From the IMG/VR virus record IMGVR_UViG_3300025418_001062: a DNA stretch of 64,000 bases, one strand, 5' to 3'. Under the pieces are notes generated by a model. That model did no database searches. It had not been told where the DNA came from and saw only the letters and a program-made list of their open reading frames with translations. The stretch comes from an uncultured virus (IMG/VR IMGVR_UViG_3300025418_001062). Lineage: Duplodnaviria; Heunggongvirae; Uroviricota; Caudoviricetes. Both the position numbers and the translations under genes were made by a program. Within the stretch, counting starts at the first letter, position 1, and each line of letters opens with the position of its first letter. This document shows positions 6,231-16,551 of the stretch, piece by piece.

Positions 6231-7762
6231 TGTCTGGTAACACTTTTGGAAAGTTTATTTCAGATTCGGTCAAGCCGCCTGAAATAGATGTATTTGGCAT
6301 TCTGGGATACGTCCCAACAGAACGCCAGCAAGTGTTTCACGCGGCTTCCGCCGAGCGAGTAGACGCCATTCTTTATGGTGGTGCTGCCGGTGGTGGTAAG
6401 ACAGCGGCGTTCTTGATGGACGCGCTCTACAATGCCGCAAATTTTCCTGGTATGAAGATTGGTTGTTTCCGTCGTTCATACCCAGAGTTAGAAGAATCGT
6501 TCTTGGCGCAGTTAGCCAAGTGGAACTACGGTCGTGACCTAGGTGCCAAGTGGAACTCAACCAACAAGGTTTTGAAGTTCGCTAACGGTTCTATCATTAA
6601 CTTTACATACGCTGAAAACTTGGTTGACGCATCCCGAATCCTCGGTGGTGAGTACCAAGCCTTTTACATTGACGAAGCCTCGCAAATGATGCCCGCTGTT
6701 ATTCAGCACATCGAAGAGCGTCTTCGTTCCGGTAGCCGACTTGTTCCGGTTATTGGTTTGCGCCTTGCTACCAACCCTGGTGGTATCGGCCACAAGTACC
6801 TTAAAGACCGATTCATTAATCCCACTAAGCGCGGGAAATTCCGGTACGAAGAAAAAGTGGGCGACGGCAAAAACACCCGTAGCGTTGCTTTTATTCAAGC
6901 AAAAGTTACGGACAACCCTCACGTCAACGAGGGCTACCACGCAGTTCTTGACTCCATTCCTGACCCACGGCGCCGCGCAGCGATGCGAGATGGTGACTGG
7001 GACGCAATGGTCGGTCAGTTTTTTGAGCAATGGCAATACTCCAAGCACGTTGTGCCATCTTTTGAAATTCCAAAAGAGTGGCCTCGTTACGCTGGTATTG
7101 ACTATGGCTTCAAGGACCCGTTCGCCGTTGTATGGGTTGCAATAGATAACGATGGTCGCATGTGGGTGTACCGAGAGATTTGCGTCTCTGGTTACAACTC
7201 CGACGAGCAGGCCAAACTTATTCTTGCTACCGAACAAGGCGCGGGTGAAACAGAAGTTATCAGAGTGGCCGACCCTTCAATGTGGGGAAGCCGCGGTACT
7301 CCTCTTTCTATTGCCGACGACTATGGCATTAACGGCTGTGGCATTATGCCCGCCAACAATGACCGTATCAACGGCTGGGCAAGAGTTCACCAGTACCTCA
7401 ACGACGCGCCAGCCTGTGAATATCACCGGGCAGAAGGCAAAGAGCGTTGCCCAATGCTTCATGTTTTTGAAGACAAATGCCCGATGTTTATTGAGCAAAT
7501 CCCAGCGTTGCCACGAAGCGCAGCCAAGCCGGACGACTCAGAAACACGAAACGTTGACGACCACATTCCTGACGCGTTGCGTTATGTTTGCATGTATGCC
7601 GGCGTTTATGCTCGACCCGTAATTTATAGCGACTTTTCTTCGTCATTCACAACGAGTGTTCCTGATACAATGGTTATTGTAAAAGAAGACGAAGCCCCTC
7701 CACTAAGGCAACCAAACTTTGGTGGTCTATTTGTTGGAGATTTTGGGCTTAGTCCCTTTTAA
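6230..7762 (+). CDS. terL: Terminase large subunit
   Basis: Walker A GGAAGGGKT, Walker B YIDEA, ATNPGG, nuclease GIDYG and DDHIPDALRY. Confidence 0.95.
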   Translation: MSGNTFGKFISDSVKPPEIDVFGILGYVPTERQQVFHAASAERVDAILYGGAAGGGKTAAFLMDALYNAANFPGMKIGCFRRSYPELEESFLAQLAKWNYGRDLGAKWNSTNKVLKFANGSIINFTYAENLVDASRILGGEYQAFYIDEASQMMPAVIQHIEERLRSGSRLVPVIGLRLATNPGGIGHKYLKDRFINPTKRGKFRYEEKVGDGKNTRSVAFIQAKVTDNPHVNEGYHAVLDSIPDPRRRAAMRDGDWDAMVGQFFEQWQYSKHVVPSFEIPKEWPRYAGIDYGFKDPFAVVWVAIDNDGRMWVYREICVSGYNSDEQAKLILATEQGAGETEVIRVADPSMWGSRGTPLSIADDYGINGCGIMPANNDRINGWARVHQYLNDAPACEYHRAEGKERCPMLHVFEDKCPMFIEQIPALPRSAAKPDDSETRNVDDHIPDALRYVCMYAGVYARPVIYSDFSSSFTTSVPDTMVIVKEDEAPPLRQPNFGGLFVGDFGLSPF

Positions 7763-7776
7763 AGAAAGATAACCAC

Positions 7777-9321
7777 ATGGCTATTACATCATTTAAGAGG
7801 GGACTTGAGGAGGCCGCGAGCGCCTTTGAAGAGATTCTAGAGGCACGCCCTAAGAGTTCTCCAAAGCGAGCAGGCTACGCCACTGGTGTTCCTATTGGCG
7901 GCTCAACCGAGGTTAACCCCGGCGAAAACGTAACCGCTGGAACCCTTGACCGCGCCACGTTTATGCAGCAATTGCTTCAAGCGTACTTGGCCTGCCCATG
8001 GTCGTCTGCTTCCGTAGACACCATTGCGCGCACCGCTACCGCTGGTGGCCTCGAGGTTGCTTACGAAGGCGGCATGACCGGCCCGACCAAGACGCCAGAC
8101 GCGCCAGAAGACGTTAAAAAGGTCCAGCAACTTCTCAAGTATGTCAACCCACAAGACGACATTCGACAGTTGATGCGTCAGATTATTACTGACCTTATGA
8201 TTTTTGGTGACTCGTTCACCGAAGTTGTTTGGGTTATGGGCGAGCCAGTTGCGCTGTACCCGCTTGACCCAACAACAATGACTGTTCTTGCTAACGAGCA
8301 TGGCGTTGTCAATGGCTACTACCAAAAAACCGCCACAAACCGTGAAGCAAAGTTTAAGCCCAACGAAGTTATTCACGTTAAGTTTGACTCCCCCGGCTCA
8401 ACCTTGTACGGTGTATCGCCAACGCAAAAGAACATTCTTCCAATTACTTCGTGGTTGTTTACTGCTGCACTTGTCAAAGAGACAATGAAGCGCGGTGACC
8501 CTCTGCGTGCGCACGTTGACTGGCCCATTGCCCTGCCTGAAGCAGAGATGCGCAAACTACAGCAACAATACGCAATTCGTAACTTGGGTGCTAGAAACAT
8601 TGGTAACTTGTTTGAAACCAAGGGTGGCGCGGTCGTCACCGAAATGGGCTCAAACCAAATTAACAACTGGCTCAACACCCTTCAGCAACGCCGTGACGAG
8701 ATTCTTTCTGGCTACGGTGTTCCGCCTTCAAAAGTCGGCGTTATTGAAGCCGGTAACCTTGGTGGTGGAACGGGAACCCAGCAGGACAAGACGTTCCGCG
8801 TCAACACTGTTGGTCCAATTCAGGAACTAGTTCTTGAAAAGTTTTCGTTTGCGCTTCTTTATCAGGCTTACGGCATTACCGACTGGGTTATCAAGTTCGG
8901 TGTAGTCGACTGGCGAGACGACGAAGTTATTGAACTTATTCGTGACCAGCGTATCCGTAACGGTACTTGGACTCTTAACAAGGCTCGCTCAGACATTGGC
9001 GAACCTCCTGTTAAGGGTGGCGATGACGCGGTTCTTATTGACCGTCAGAACATGGTTCTTTGGGCTGACCTTAGCGACCTGTCTGCTGCAAACCTTGCAG
9101 TGGTTCAGTCGCAGGGCGGCACCATGAACATGCCTCAGTTGCCAAACACAAATCCCGGTGCCCCCGACGGCGCCGGAGCAAAAACGCCAAAGTCTGCGGT
9201 AAGCCCCTCGTCAAAAAAGACTAAGCAGGCGGCAACCCCGATGGGCGCACCAAAAACTCCCAAGGGTTCAGAAACGGCCTTTGCCAAATTCCTAAGGGAA
9301 GACGACAGTGACGACGAATAA
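7777..9321 (+). CDS. Portal protein
   Basis: Follows terL; GDSF, LYPLDP, YGVSP, YGVPPSKVG, TLNKAR..IGEPP..GGD motifs. Confidence 0.93.
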   Translation: MAITSFKRGLEEAASAFEEILEARPKSSPKRAGYATGVPIGGSTEVNPGENVTAGTLDRATFMQQLLQAYLACPWSSASVDTIARTATAGGLEVAYEGGMTGPTKTPDAPEDVKKVQQLLKYVNPQDDIRQLMRQIITDLMIFGDSFTEVVWVMGEPVALYPLDPTTMTVLANEHGVVNGYYQKTATNREAKFKPNEVIHVKFDSPGSTLYGVSPTQKNILPITSWLFTAALVKETMKRGDPLRAHVDWPIALPEAEMRKLQQQYAIRNLGARNIGNLFETKGGAVVTEMGSNQINNWLNTLQQRRDEILSGYGVPPSKVGVIEAGNLGGGTGTQQDKTFRVNTVGPIQELVLEKFSFALLYQAYGITDWVIKFGVVDWRDDEVIELIRDQRIRNGTWTLNKARSDIGEPPVKGGDDAVLIDRQNMVLWADLSDLSAANLAVVQSQGGTMNMPQLPNTNPGAPDGAGAKTPKSAVSPSSKKTKQAATPMGAPKTPKGSETAFAKFLREDDSDDE

Positions 9322-9439
9322 TCAGACTCCCATTGAGTTAGATGGCAAACCTTTTTACAACGAAGGCGAGCCTGTTGTTCCTTTCCTCGGCCTTACAGCC
9401 GCTCGAGCAGCAGCATTGGTTCCAAAAGAAGTAGGATAA
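9308..9439 (+). CDS. Small hypothetical protein (43 aa)
   Basis: GTG start after AAGGGA; fills the gap; translated by hand. Confidence 0.4.
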   Translation: MTTNNQTPIELDGKPFYNEGEPVVPFLGLTAARAAALVPKEVG

Positions 9440-9440
9440 T

Positions 9441-9953
9441 ATGGGCCAGTACCCATCGCCAAAGGTTTATCACGCTGGCTACATGGGACAGGCAGGTGCG
9501 TTCGCAACGCACTATCGTTATCCGGCTGGGAGCCAAACGTACGCGCAGTTAACGGCAGAGCGTAACAACCTAATTAAAGCCCGTGCGGCCAAAGGTTATT
9601 ACCACAAAACCAGTGCGGCCAAATCAATGGCACGCAATCACGAGAGTGCTACTTTCCGAGGCAATCTTGCCCGTAATCACGTTTATGGCGAGTATTACTT
9701 GGCTAGCATTAAGCAACACGCAGTTGGTGTTCGTTGGATGGCTTTTCACCAAAAAGCCAAAATCAAAAAACCAAGCATCAACGGTAAGTTTAGAAAATTT
9801 AAGGGCGATATTGCCCCTGGGCGCTACATGCAAAGAACTGCTTGGGGGACCGCAAGGAAACCTTCGTTTAAAAGCAATCTTACAAAGCGTTCAAAAAGAT
9901 TTCACCACATTCACAAATGGCGTGGACACGGGAACAAGTTTGTACCGCTGTAA
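9441..9953 (+). CDS. Highly basic protein in the head module
   Basis: K/R/H-rich, very few acidic residues; between portal and protease. Confidence 0.7.
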   Translation: MGQYPSPKVYHAGYMGQAGAFATHYRYPAGSQTYAQLTAERNNLIKARAAKGYYHKTSAAKSMARNHESATFRGNLARNHVYGEYYLASIKQHAVGVRWMAFHQKAKIKKPSINGKFRKFKGDIAPGRYMQRTAWGTARKPSFKSNLTKRSKRFHHIHKWRGHGNKFVPL

Positions 9954-9972
9954 ATAAAATTTAAGGTAAATT

Positions 9973-12207
9973 ATGGCAGACGGTTTTTCGCCACCGGAAC
10001 AAGTTAGAAAGAACGCAGCGCGCTCGCTGGAACTCCGCAAGGAACACGGTCGTGGTATGACCGCTGTTGGCGTTGCGCGCGCTCGAGACTTGTCCAATGG
10101 CAAGAATATTTCCGCCGATACCATTAAACGCATGCACTCTTACTTTGCTCGTCACGAAGTTGACAAAAAGGGCAAAGACTGGGCTAATCAGTCCAACCCA
10201 TCTGCCGGTTACATTGCGTGGCTTGGCTGGGGCGGAGATGCTGGTCGTTCTTGGGTCAATGGAATTATGAAGAAACTTAACGCCAAAGAATCTCAGGAGA
10301 TTTCGGAAATGGCCTCAACAAAAGCCGCAGTAATTCGTGGCATTTTTCTAAAGCCTGGCGTGTCTAAGAACCGTCGTCTTTACACGAAGAACAACATTGC
10401 TAAGGCTGTTGAGCGCATGAATCAGCACTTGCTCAAGGGCGAGGGAATGCCTCTGAACATGGCTACAAGCCACGCTGCCGCCTTTAAAGACGACGCAACC
10501 TCAACCGTTGGTCGTATTACAAAGGTTAATCTTTTGCCTGACGGTTCAGCCGCTTTTGAAGCAGAGATTGCCAACACGGCTCATGGTCGTGACGTTGCTA
10601 ACTTGGCTGCCGGTCAGTTCATCAAGGGTGTTTCAATCCGAGGTGAGTGGATGGGCGAGCCCCGTTCTACGCTTCACACAGACGGCGAAGAAGCCACCAC
10701 AGCCGACGACCTTGCTGTCCACGGCATTGACTTTACAAACAGCCCCGGCGTTGAAGGCGCGGAGATTCAGTACGCTGAACTTTCGGAATCCTACGACCGA
10801 CACGCAATCTACGAATCCATTGAAGACGTAGAAGTTGTTGAGCGTTTCTCTGCTCTTGAGCAACTGGCAGACGAGAAGGACGCTTCAAAGCCTTACGGCG
10901 ATGTTGACTACGCCGACCCTGGTTACCAGAAGGACAAGAAGAAGCGTTACCCAATTAACACCGCCGCGCACGTTCGCGCCGCTTGGTCTTACATCAATCA
11001 AGGTGACAACGCCAATCTCTACACCGCCGCTCAACTTGCTCGCATTAAGACGCGCATCAAGTCAGCCGCCAAGAAGTTTGGCATCAACATTGTCAGCGAG
11101 CAAGAAGCGCTTGCTTTTGACATTCAACAAGTTCTCGAGGCTTACGCCTCAATTGCTCTTGTCAACGACGACGACAGCATCAGCATTACCGGTTACGCAA
11201 CAGACCCTCACCAGTTGAAGACGGTTGCTAACCGAATCGCTTTTGGAGCCATTGCAGCAATGCACGCAATTGACCCAGATGACGACGGAGACATTTACCT
11301 ATCTAAGCCTGATTGGTCACAGGTAGATGCAACCGGCGACGCTGGGGGCATGGGACCGGAAGACGAAATGTATAAAATAGACGACAACAACATGGAGTGC
11401 GCTGAGTGTGGCTGTGAATGCTACGAAGGCGCCGTCCACTGTCACATGTGCGGAGCACTTCTGCCTGCCTCACCGGCAACAGATGCGCTTGGCTGCGGCA
11501 CTTGTGGAGCATCAACTCCGCAGGACGCCATGTATTGCCCCACTTGCGGGGACCCCGTACCACAGGCAGAGTCAAGCGACGATGCCCTAACCCAAACAGA
11601 GGAGGAAGTCACTATGACTGACGACCAGACTACTGCTGAGGCTCCGGCTGAGGAAATTGCGCTTGAATCAACCGCTACCCGCACCCTGACCGACGCAGAC
11701 CTTATGGCCTTTGCCAGCATCATTGCTGCTGCGCTTAAGCCTGTCGAATCAACACCCGAAGAAGAAGTAACCGCCGAGGTTGCTCCCGAGGAAGAGGCCG
11801 CTGAAGCACCTGCTGAAGAGCCCGCTGCCGAGGAGCCTGCCGCCGAGGTTGCTGCTGAAGAATCTATCGAATCACAGGAGAACACCGTGAGCGAAAACAC
11901 ATTTACCGCTGAACAAGTTGCCGCAATGATTGCAGAAGCCGCCTCTAAGGCCGCTACTGAGGCTGTTGCCGCTGCTAAGCAAAGCGCTGTTGAGACGTAC
12001 CGCAACGGGGGCCAGACCTTCCGTAAGGGCTTCGCAACCAGCGGTTCAGTAGGAAACGACGCCTCTGACTTGTCAGAGTCGGAGGAACTGGACCCTCGCA
12101 AGTTGGCTGAGATGAACTCTTCAGCCTTCCGTAAGGTTCAGGCAGAGGCATGGGGCTCGACTCCATTCTTTGCACACAAGTTTGCCCAAGCCGACCGCGG
12201 CTACTAA
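9973..12207 (+). CDS. Multidomain prohead protease/scaffold
   Basis: Protease-like core (PGVSKNRRLY, SH, GVSIRG, IDFTNSPG); extra domains; CxxC zinc ribbons; acidic scaffold-like tail; precedes capsid. Confidence 0.8.
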   Translation: MADGFSPPEQVRKNAARSLELRKEHGRGMTAVGVARARDLSNGKNISADTIKRMHSYFARHEVDKKGKDWANQSNPSAGYIAWLGWGGDAGRSWVNGIMKKLNAKESQEISEMASTKAAVIRGIFLKPGVSKNRRLYTKNNIAKAVERMNQHLLKGEGMPLNMATSHAAAFKDDATSTVGRITKVNLLPDGSAAFEAEIANTAHGRDVANLAAGQFIKGVSIRGEWMGEPRSTLHTDGEEATTADDLAVHGIDFTNSPGVEGAEIQYAELSESYDRHAIYESIEDVEVVERFSALEQLADEKDASKPYGDVDYADPGYQKDKKKRYPINTAAHVRAAWSYINQGDNANLYTAAQLARIKTRIKSAAKKFGINIVSEQEALAFDIQQVLEAYASIALVNDDDSISITGYATDPHQLKTVANRIAFGAIAAMHAIDPDDDGDIYLSKPDWSQVDATGDAGGMGPEDEMYKIDDNNMECAECGCECYEGAVHCHMCGALLPASPATDALGCGTCGASTPQDAMYCPTCGDPVPQAESSDDALTQTEEEVTMTDDQTTAEAPAEEIALESTATRTLTDADLMAFASIIAAALKPVESTPEEEVTAEVAPEEEAAEAPAEEPAAEEPAAEVAAEESIESQENTVSENTFTAEQVAAMIAEAASKAATEAVAAAKQSAVETYRNGGQTFRKGFATSGSVGNDASDLSESEELDPRKLAEMNSSAFRKVQAEAWGSTPFFAHKFAQADRGY

Positions 12208-12257
12208 GCAAAGTATTACCCAACCAACCTATCCAAAATATTTAAGGAGAATTAGCC

Positions 12258-13805
12258 ATGGCTAACGATTTGGAAGAGGCCCTTACTGCCGCGGGTGCTG
12301 CTGCACTCGTACAGAAGCAAATTGACCCTGTATTGCTCGAGTACCAGCGCCGCTACGCGCCACTGGTCCGCGCACTGCCTACGGTCAAGTGGGGCTCAAC
12401 AGTTTACTACTTCAACAAGCGCACACAGTTGCCTTCTGGTGGCTTTGTCACCGACGGTGGTGCTCGCGCTGTTTCAACCTCTAACTACGCCCAGGAGAAC
12501 TTTCAGATTCGTCTGCTCCAAAGCGTTGGTGCTGTCACGGGTTACTCACAGGCTGTTACCGCAGACCTGATTGGTGACCTCCGTGCCCGTGAAATCGAGG
12601 GCGCTGCCCGTGGTTTGTACTGGGACATGGAAACGGCGCTTATCTGGGGTGCTGAACTGCCCACAACAAAGGGCCCATACCCTCAGTTTGACGGTCTTGA
12701 CGTCATCTGTGCATCATTTACTTCGTCCCCAACCGGCGGTCCTACACAGGGCATCGGTGGCGGAACAATTGACAACTACGGCGGCGCTTCGGGCACAGCC
12801 GGTTGGGGTGCTCCCAACTACAGCCCGTGGACTGACGGCGTAGACCAGAACGCTATCAACGCTGGTGGCGCTCAACTTTCACTTGGTGGTCTTGACCTCC
12901 TCATCGACCTCGTTGAATCGAACGTCGCTGAGCCCGTCGAGAACTCGGAGTGGATGTTCGTCATGTCCCCCGCTGCTAACAGCCGTCTGTCGCAGTTGCT
13001 CATCAACCAGCAGCGCTTTGTCGACCAGGTTGAGATTTCTTCCGGTTTGATTGTTCCCACATACCGTGGCGTTCCAATCGTGAAGTCGTCCTTCCTTTCG
13101 CCTCGTACCAACAAGATGGTCACAGTTGTTGCAACTGGCTCGACTGCTACTGGTACGCTTGCCGCTGCTACATACAACTACGTTGTGTCGGCAGTTATCG
13201 CTCGCTTCGGTGAAATCCAGGGCTCGACCGCCGCTACCGCAACTCTTGCTGGTGCCGGTAACGTTACGCTGACCTTCTCGACCCCAGTTGGTCCTGAAGG
13301 CGCTCAGCCTACCCACTACAAGGTGTACCGCGCTACCGGTTCGTCGCCTGCCAACACGGCCTACACCCTCGTCGGTATGGTTGACGCCAACTACCTCGAC
13401 TCGTCGGGCAACATCTGGCCTGTCACTCAGATTGTGGACAACGGCGCTGGCCTTGTTGCAACTGACGGCACGCACGCTACGTCCGCCTCATCGGGCTACT
13501 TCTACGCCAACACTGGCCTGAACCCTCTGACCGCCAACGGTGAGCAGAGCATCTACCTCATGTCACGTGACCCGAACTACATCGTTCGTCCTCACGTCCG
13601 TGAGATGCAGCCAGTGAACGTGTTCCCGACCACTGCTTCGCCCGACAGCCTGCCGTTCGCATTCGTTGCGGACACCACGCTCGCCGTTCGCGCTCCGAAG
13701 TACATCGGTCGCTTGGCTAATGTCAAGGCTGCTCTCGACAGCACCGCTGGTAACGGCATCCTGCCTACCAACACGTCGTACACGCCTAACTTCATTGTTG
13801 ACTAA
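12258..13805 (+). CDS. Major capsid protein with an inserted beta-rich domain
   Basis: AAGGAG RBS; position; FDGLD, YRGVPIV, FVADTTLAVRAP; hairpin downstream. Confidence 0.88.
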   Translation: MANDLEEALTAAGAAALVQKQIDPVLLEYQRRYAPLVRALPTVKWGSTVYYFNKRTQLPSGGFVTDGGARAVSTSNYAQENFQIRLLQSVGAVTGYSQAVTADLIGDLRAREIEGAARGLYWDMETALIWGAELPTTKGPYPQFDGLDVICASFTSSPTGGPTQGIGGGTIDNYGGASGTAGWGAPNYSPWTDGVDQNAINAGGAQLSLGGLDLLIDLVESNVAEPVENSEWMFVMSPAANSRLSQLLINQQRFVDQVEISSGLIVPTYRGVPIVKSSFLSPRTNKMVTVVATGSTATGTLAAATYNYVVSAVIARFGEIQGSTAATATLAGAGNVTLTFSTPVGPEGAQPTHYKVYRATGSSPANTAYTLVGMVDANYLDSSGNIWPVTQIVDNGAGLVATDGTHATSASSGYFYANTGLNPLTANGEQSIYLMSRDPNYIVRPHVREMQPVNVFPTTASPDSLPFAFVADTTLAVRAPKYIGRLANVKAALDSTAGNGILPTNTSYTPNFIVD

Positions 13806-13850
13806 TTTAGTCAACGTGTGGTTACGGTTTAAGTAGCACACAATTCTAGT

Positions 13851-13889
13851 GTGGCGGGCGGGGCCCCTCGTTCCTCCCCCGCCCGCCGC
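13851..13889 (+). terminator. GC-rich hairpin after the capsid gene
   Basis: GTGGCGGGCGGGG/CCCCGCCCGCCGC stem. Confidence 0.65.
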
Positions 13890-13913
13890 GCTGGATTTCC
13901 CGAAAGGTTTAAA

Positions 13914-14222
13914 ATGACTTTGCTTGCAAAGAACGAGCCAGGCGGCGCTGCCGGACTGGTTTGGGAAAAAGCAGGAGCGGAAGGCGCCATTGAGATTCAC
14001 CCTCAGTTGGCCCAAGAACTTCTTGCCATTCCCGGAAAACTATTCTTCGTTGTTGAAAAAGAATTGAAGAAGGCCGAAGAAGAAGTAAAGGAAGCGGTCG
14101 AAAAGGTCGTTACCAAAAAGGCAGCCCCCGAGGCACCTGCCGCTGAAGAGAAGGTCGGAGACGACCTCTCAGATGCCTTAGAAGCAACATCACCAACTAA
14201 GCGACGCGCAACAAAGGAATAG
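13914..14222 (+). CDS. Hypothetical head-region protein
   Basis: GAAAGG RBS; E/K/A-rich tail. Confidence 0.7.
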   Translation: MTLLAKNEPGGAAGLVWEKAGAEGAIEIHPQLAQELLAIPGKLFFVVEKELKKAEEEVKEAVEKVVTKKAAPEAPAAEEKVGDDLSDALEATSPTKRRATKE

Positions 14223-14229
14223 GTATACC

Positions 14230-14916
14230 ATGGCAAATAACGGGTCACAATATTCGGACCCCGTTGCTCTTGCCACGGTTGCCGAGTTCTCAAAGCGCTA
14301 TCCTGAATTGGTTGTTGACTTGGATGCGACAACTATTGCGGACATTCTTGTTGAGGCAACTGCCCACCTTGAAGACCTTACAGGTCGTCGTCTTGCTCCT
14401 TTCAAGGGGCACATTTACCAAGACCGTCTCTTTGGGATTGACCCAGGTGAGTACGGCAACAACGCCGACATGCCGATGGACATTTTTGGTTCATTGGGCA
14501 TGTCACAGGCTATTGCACTTGGCGCCTCAACGCTCGTCCGCCACTTTTGGCTTGACCAGCACGCGCCGGCATACCCTGAACTATGGACTTACAACATTCA
14601 GTCCATGACCATTTACCGTACCTATGGTGACTACCAGCCAATTGACTTTAATCATGGTGGCGTCCGCGGCCCAGACGTAACCGACGGTCACGTTTGGATT
14701 CGACTAGGTACATTTGCCCCCGAGGGCTCACGAATTGAAGTTGTTTATGACGGCGGTTATACAAACGGCATTCCACCGTCATTGCGACGTGCGTGCTTGT
14801 TCCAAGCCGCTAAATTTATTATGCTTGAATTTGAACCACAAACCCGTCGCGAGATGAACCTTGACGACATAGACAAGCAAATTAACAGTCTAATTGGGCC
14901 TTGGGTACGTGGTTAA
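14230..14916 (+). CDS. Head-tail adaptor
   Basis: Position; LEDLTGR, IEVVYDGGY..IPPSLRRAC motifs. Confidence 0.75.
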   Translation: MANNGSQYSDPVALATVAEFSKRYPELVVDLDATTIADILVEATAHLEDLTGRRLAPFKGHIYQDRLFGIDPGEYGNNADMPMDIFGSLGMSQAIALGASTLVRHFWLDQHAPAYPELWTYNIQSMTIYRTYGDYQPIDFNHGGVRGPDVTDGHVWIRLGTFAPEGSRIEVVYDGGYTNGIPPSLRRACLFQAAKFIMLEFEPQTRREMNLDDIDKQINSLIGPWVRG

Positions 14917-15665
14917 TGCCAGTTAAGACAATTGTTTACGGCAAAACGTCTAAATCGGAAAAAAACTTCGCTAATTTTGCAGCCCGGCTTGACATTATCA
15001 AGGAACGCCTTGAAGACCCACAGCCGGCACTAAACTCAATTGTTGCAGAGTTTGGCCTCATGGAAGCGCAACGTTTTCTTGATGGCGGTTTTGCTCCTGA
15101 ATTTGGCATTAATAAAGCATGGACTCCTATTAGCAAGGAGCAAGGGTATAATCGCAATTCTGAGGGCGGAAACAAAAACACCGACCAAACCCTTTTGAAT
15201 TTTGGTTATCTTGCTCGAGCCGCATCTAATCCCGAACTAGATTATGTTGGGGTTAAAGCGGTAAAGATGATTATTGACCCAACCCGGGAAGCGCCCAGGG
15301 GTTATTCTCATGGTCGCAACTATGGTGAGTTTCACCAACACGGATTAGGCCAAAACCCTAAGCGTGAAATTGTTACCATCACACCAGCGTTTGTTAAAAT
15401 CGCTAACAAAATTATTAAAGTCTACGTGCTTGAAGGCGCAGGAAAAGAAGTTGACCGCAAAAAGGTTAACATTCCTTCTAACACTTGGCGTCGTGAAGAC
15501 GTTAAAGCGGAACTCCGCAAGTACGAACGTCGAATGGAACGTCGCAAGGCGGGCCTTCGCACTTTTGGTGAAAGCCACATTATTCACAGTGGTCGCGGCA
15601 TTCCCAAATACGAACAGCAGTCAACATTCCTTGGCGGCGGAAGACTTGGTAAGAGGGGCTACTAA
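14916..15665 (+). CDS. Virion morphogenesis / tail completion protein
   Basis: W.P, LLNFGYL, YGEFHQHG, PKR motifs; neck position. Confidence 0.7.
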   Translation: MPVKTIVYGKTSKSEKNFANFAARLDIIKERLEDPQPALNSIVAEFGLMEAQRFLDGGFAPEFGINKAWTPISKEQGYNRNSEGGNKNTDQTLLNFGYLARAASNPELDYVGVKAVKMIIDPTREAPRGYSHGRNYGEFHQHGLGQNPKREIVTITPAFVKIANKIIKVYVLEGAGKEVDRKKVNIPSNTWRREDVKAELRKYERRMERRKAGLRTFGESHIIHSGRGIPKYEQQSTFLGGGRLGKRGY

Positions 15666-16300
15666 TGGCAAACAAAGAGTGGTGGACAAATTGGTCCATG
15701 ACAGACCTTGGCGATGCTTACGGTCCGGTCTACGGCGGTCATTCAGTTCAAGAGGCTTTTTACAACACGCTTCAGACGTGGTTTCCAACTTACATTGCCG
15801 AATTCAATCGTGCAATTGGAAGTAACGTTCTTGCCGTTCCTTTTGAATATCGCCACCGCCCCGATTATCGCACACTGCCCCGCAACGCAAAGGCAGCAGT
15901 GTTAGTAACGGTTCCTGGCACAGCCGGGCAACCAGAGATTTACCAAAACAATGTTCGTGCTCACTTTCACGTTGACGTTATGGTGTACATTTATGGTACA
16001 ACCGACTGGCAAGAAACAGAAGCACTTACACAGGCGTATGCGTCCTGTATCCGTACCTGCATTGTTCAAAATCGTGCCCTCGGCGGTCTTGCCGAAAGCA
16101 CTATTTGGGTGGGCGAAGAATACCTTGAAGGCGAACACAGTTCCGGTCGAACAACCGGCGTATCGCACATTCGTTTCTTGGTTACCATCGGCAATGTAAT
16201 GAACATCTTTGGTGGTGTTCCTGCTCCCTCTACAGCGGCCCCAGCGCCGTTGCCAGAAGTGGAAACGTACAACATTACCGTCGAGAAAGAATCGCTATGA
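15665..16300 (+). CDS. Tail terminator-like protein
   Basis: Position before sheath; size. Confidence 0.6.
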   Translation: MANKEWWTNWSMTDLGDAYGPVYGGHSVQEAFYNTLQTWFPTYIAEFNRAIGSNVLAVPFEYRHRPDYRTLPRNAKAAVLVTVPGTAGQPEIYQNNVRAHFHVDVMVYIYGTTDWQETEALTQAYASCIRTCIVQNRALGGLAESTIWVGEEYLEGEHSSGRTTGVSHIRFLVTIGNVMNIFGGVPAPSTAAPAPLPEVETYNITVEKESL

Positions 16301-16551
16301 ATCAAATCACAATTCTAATCCAGTCGAACTATGTAGTATTTGACGACTTGGGGCAACCGATGGCACAAGGAGAAATCCACACTGTCAATCAGACGCCGGT
16401 TATTGAGGACCTTATCTCAAATGGTCAAGCCACTATTGTCCCTACGCCCGTAGTCGAAGCGCCGGTTCAAGAAGTAGCACCAAAGGCCGCCACAACAACA
16501 AAAAATTCTAAGAATCAGGAAACTGTTTCAACTAGCACAGGAGAAATCTAA
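16297..16551 (+). CDS. Small hypothetical protein
   Basis: Overlaps both neighbours. Confidence 0.7.
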   Translation: MNQITILIQSNYVVFDDLGQPMAQGEIHTVNQTPVIEDLISNGQATIVPTPVVEAPVQEVAPKAATTTKNSKNQETVSTSTGEI

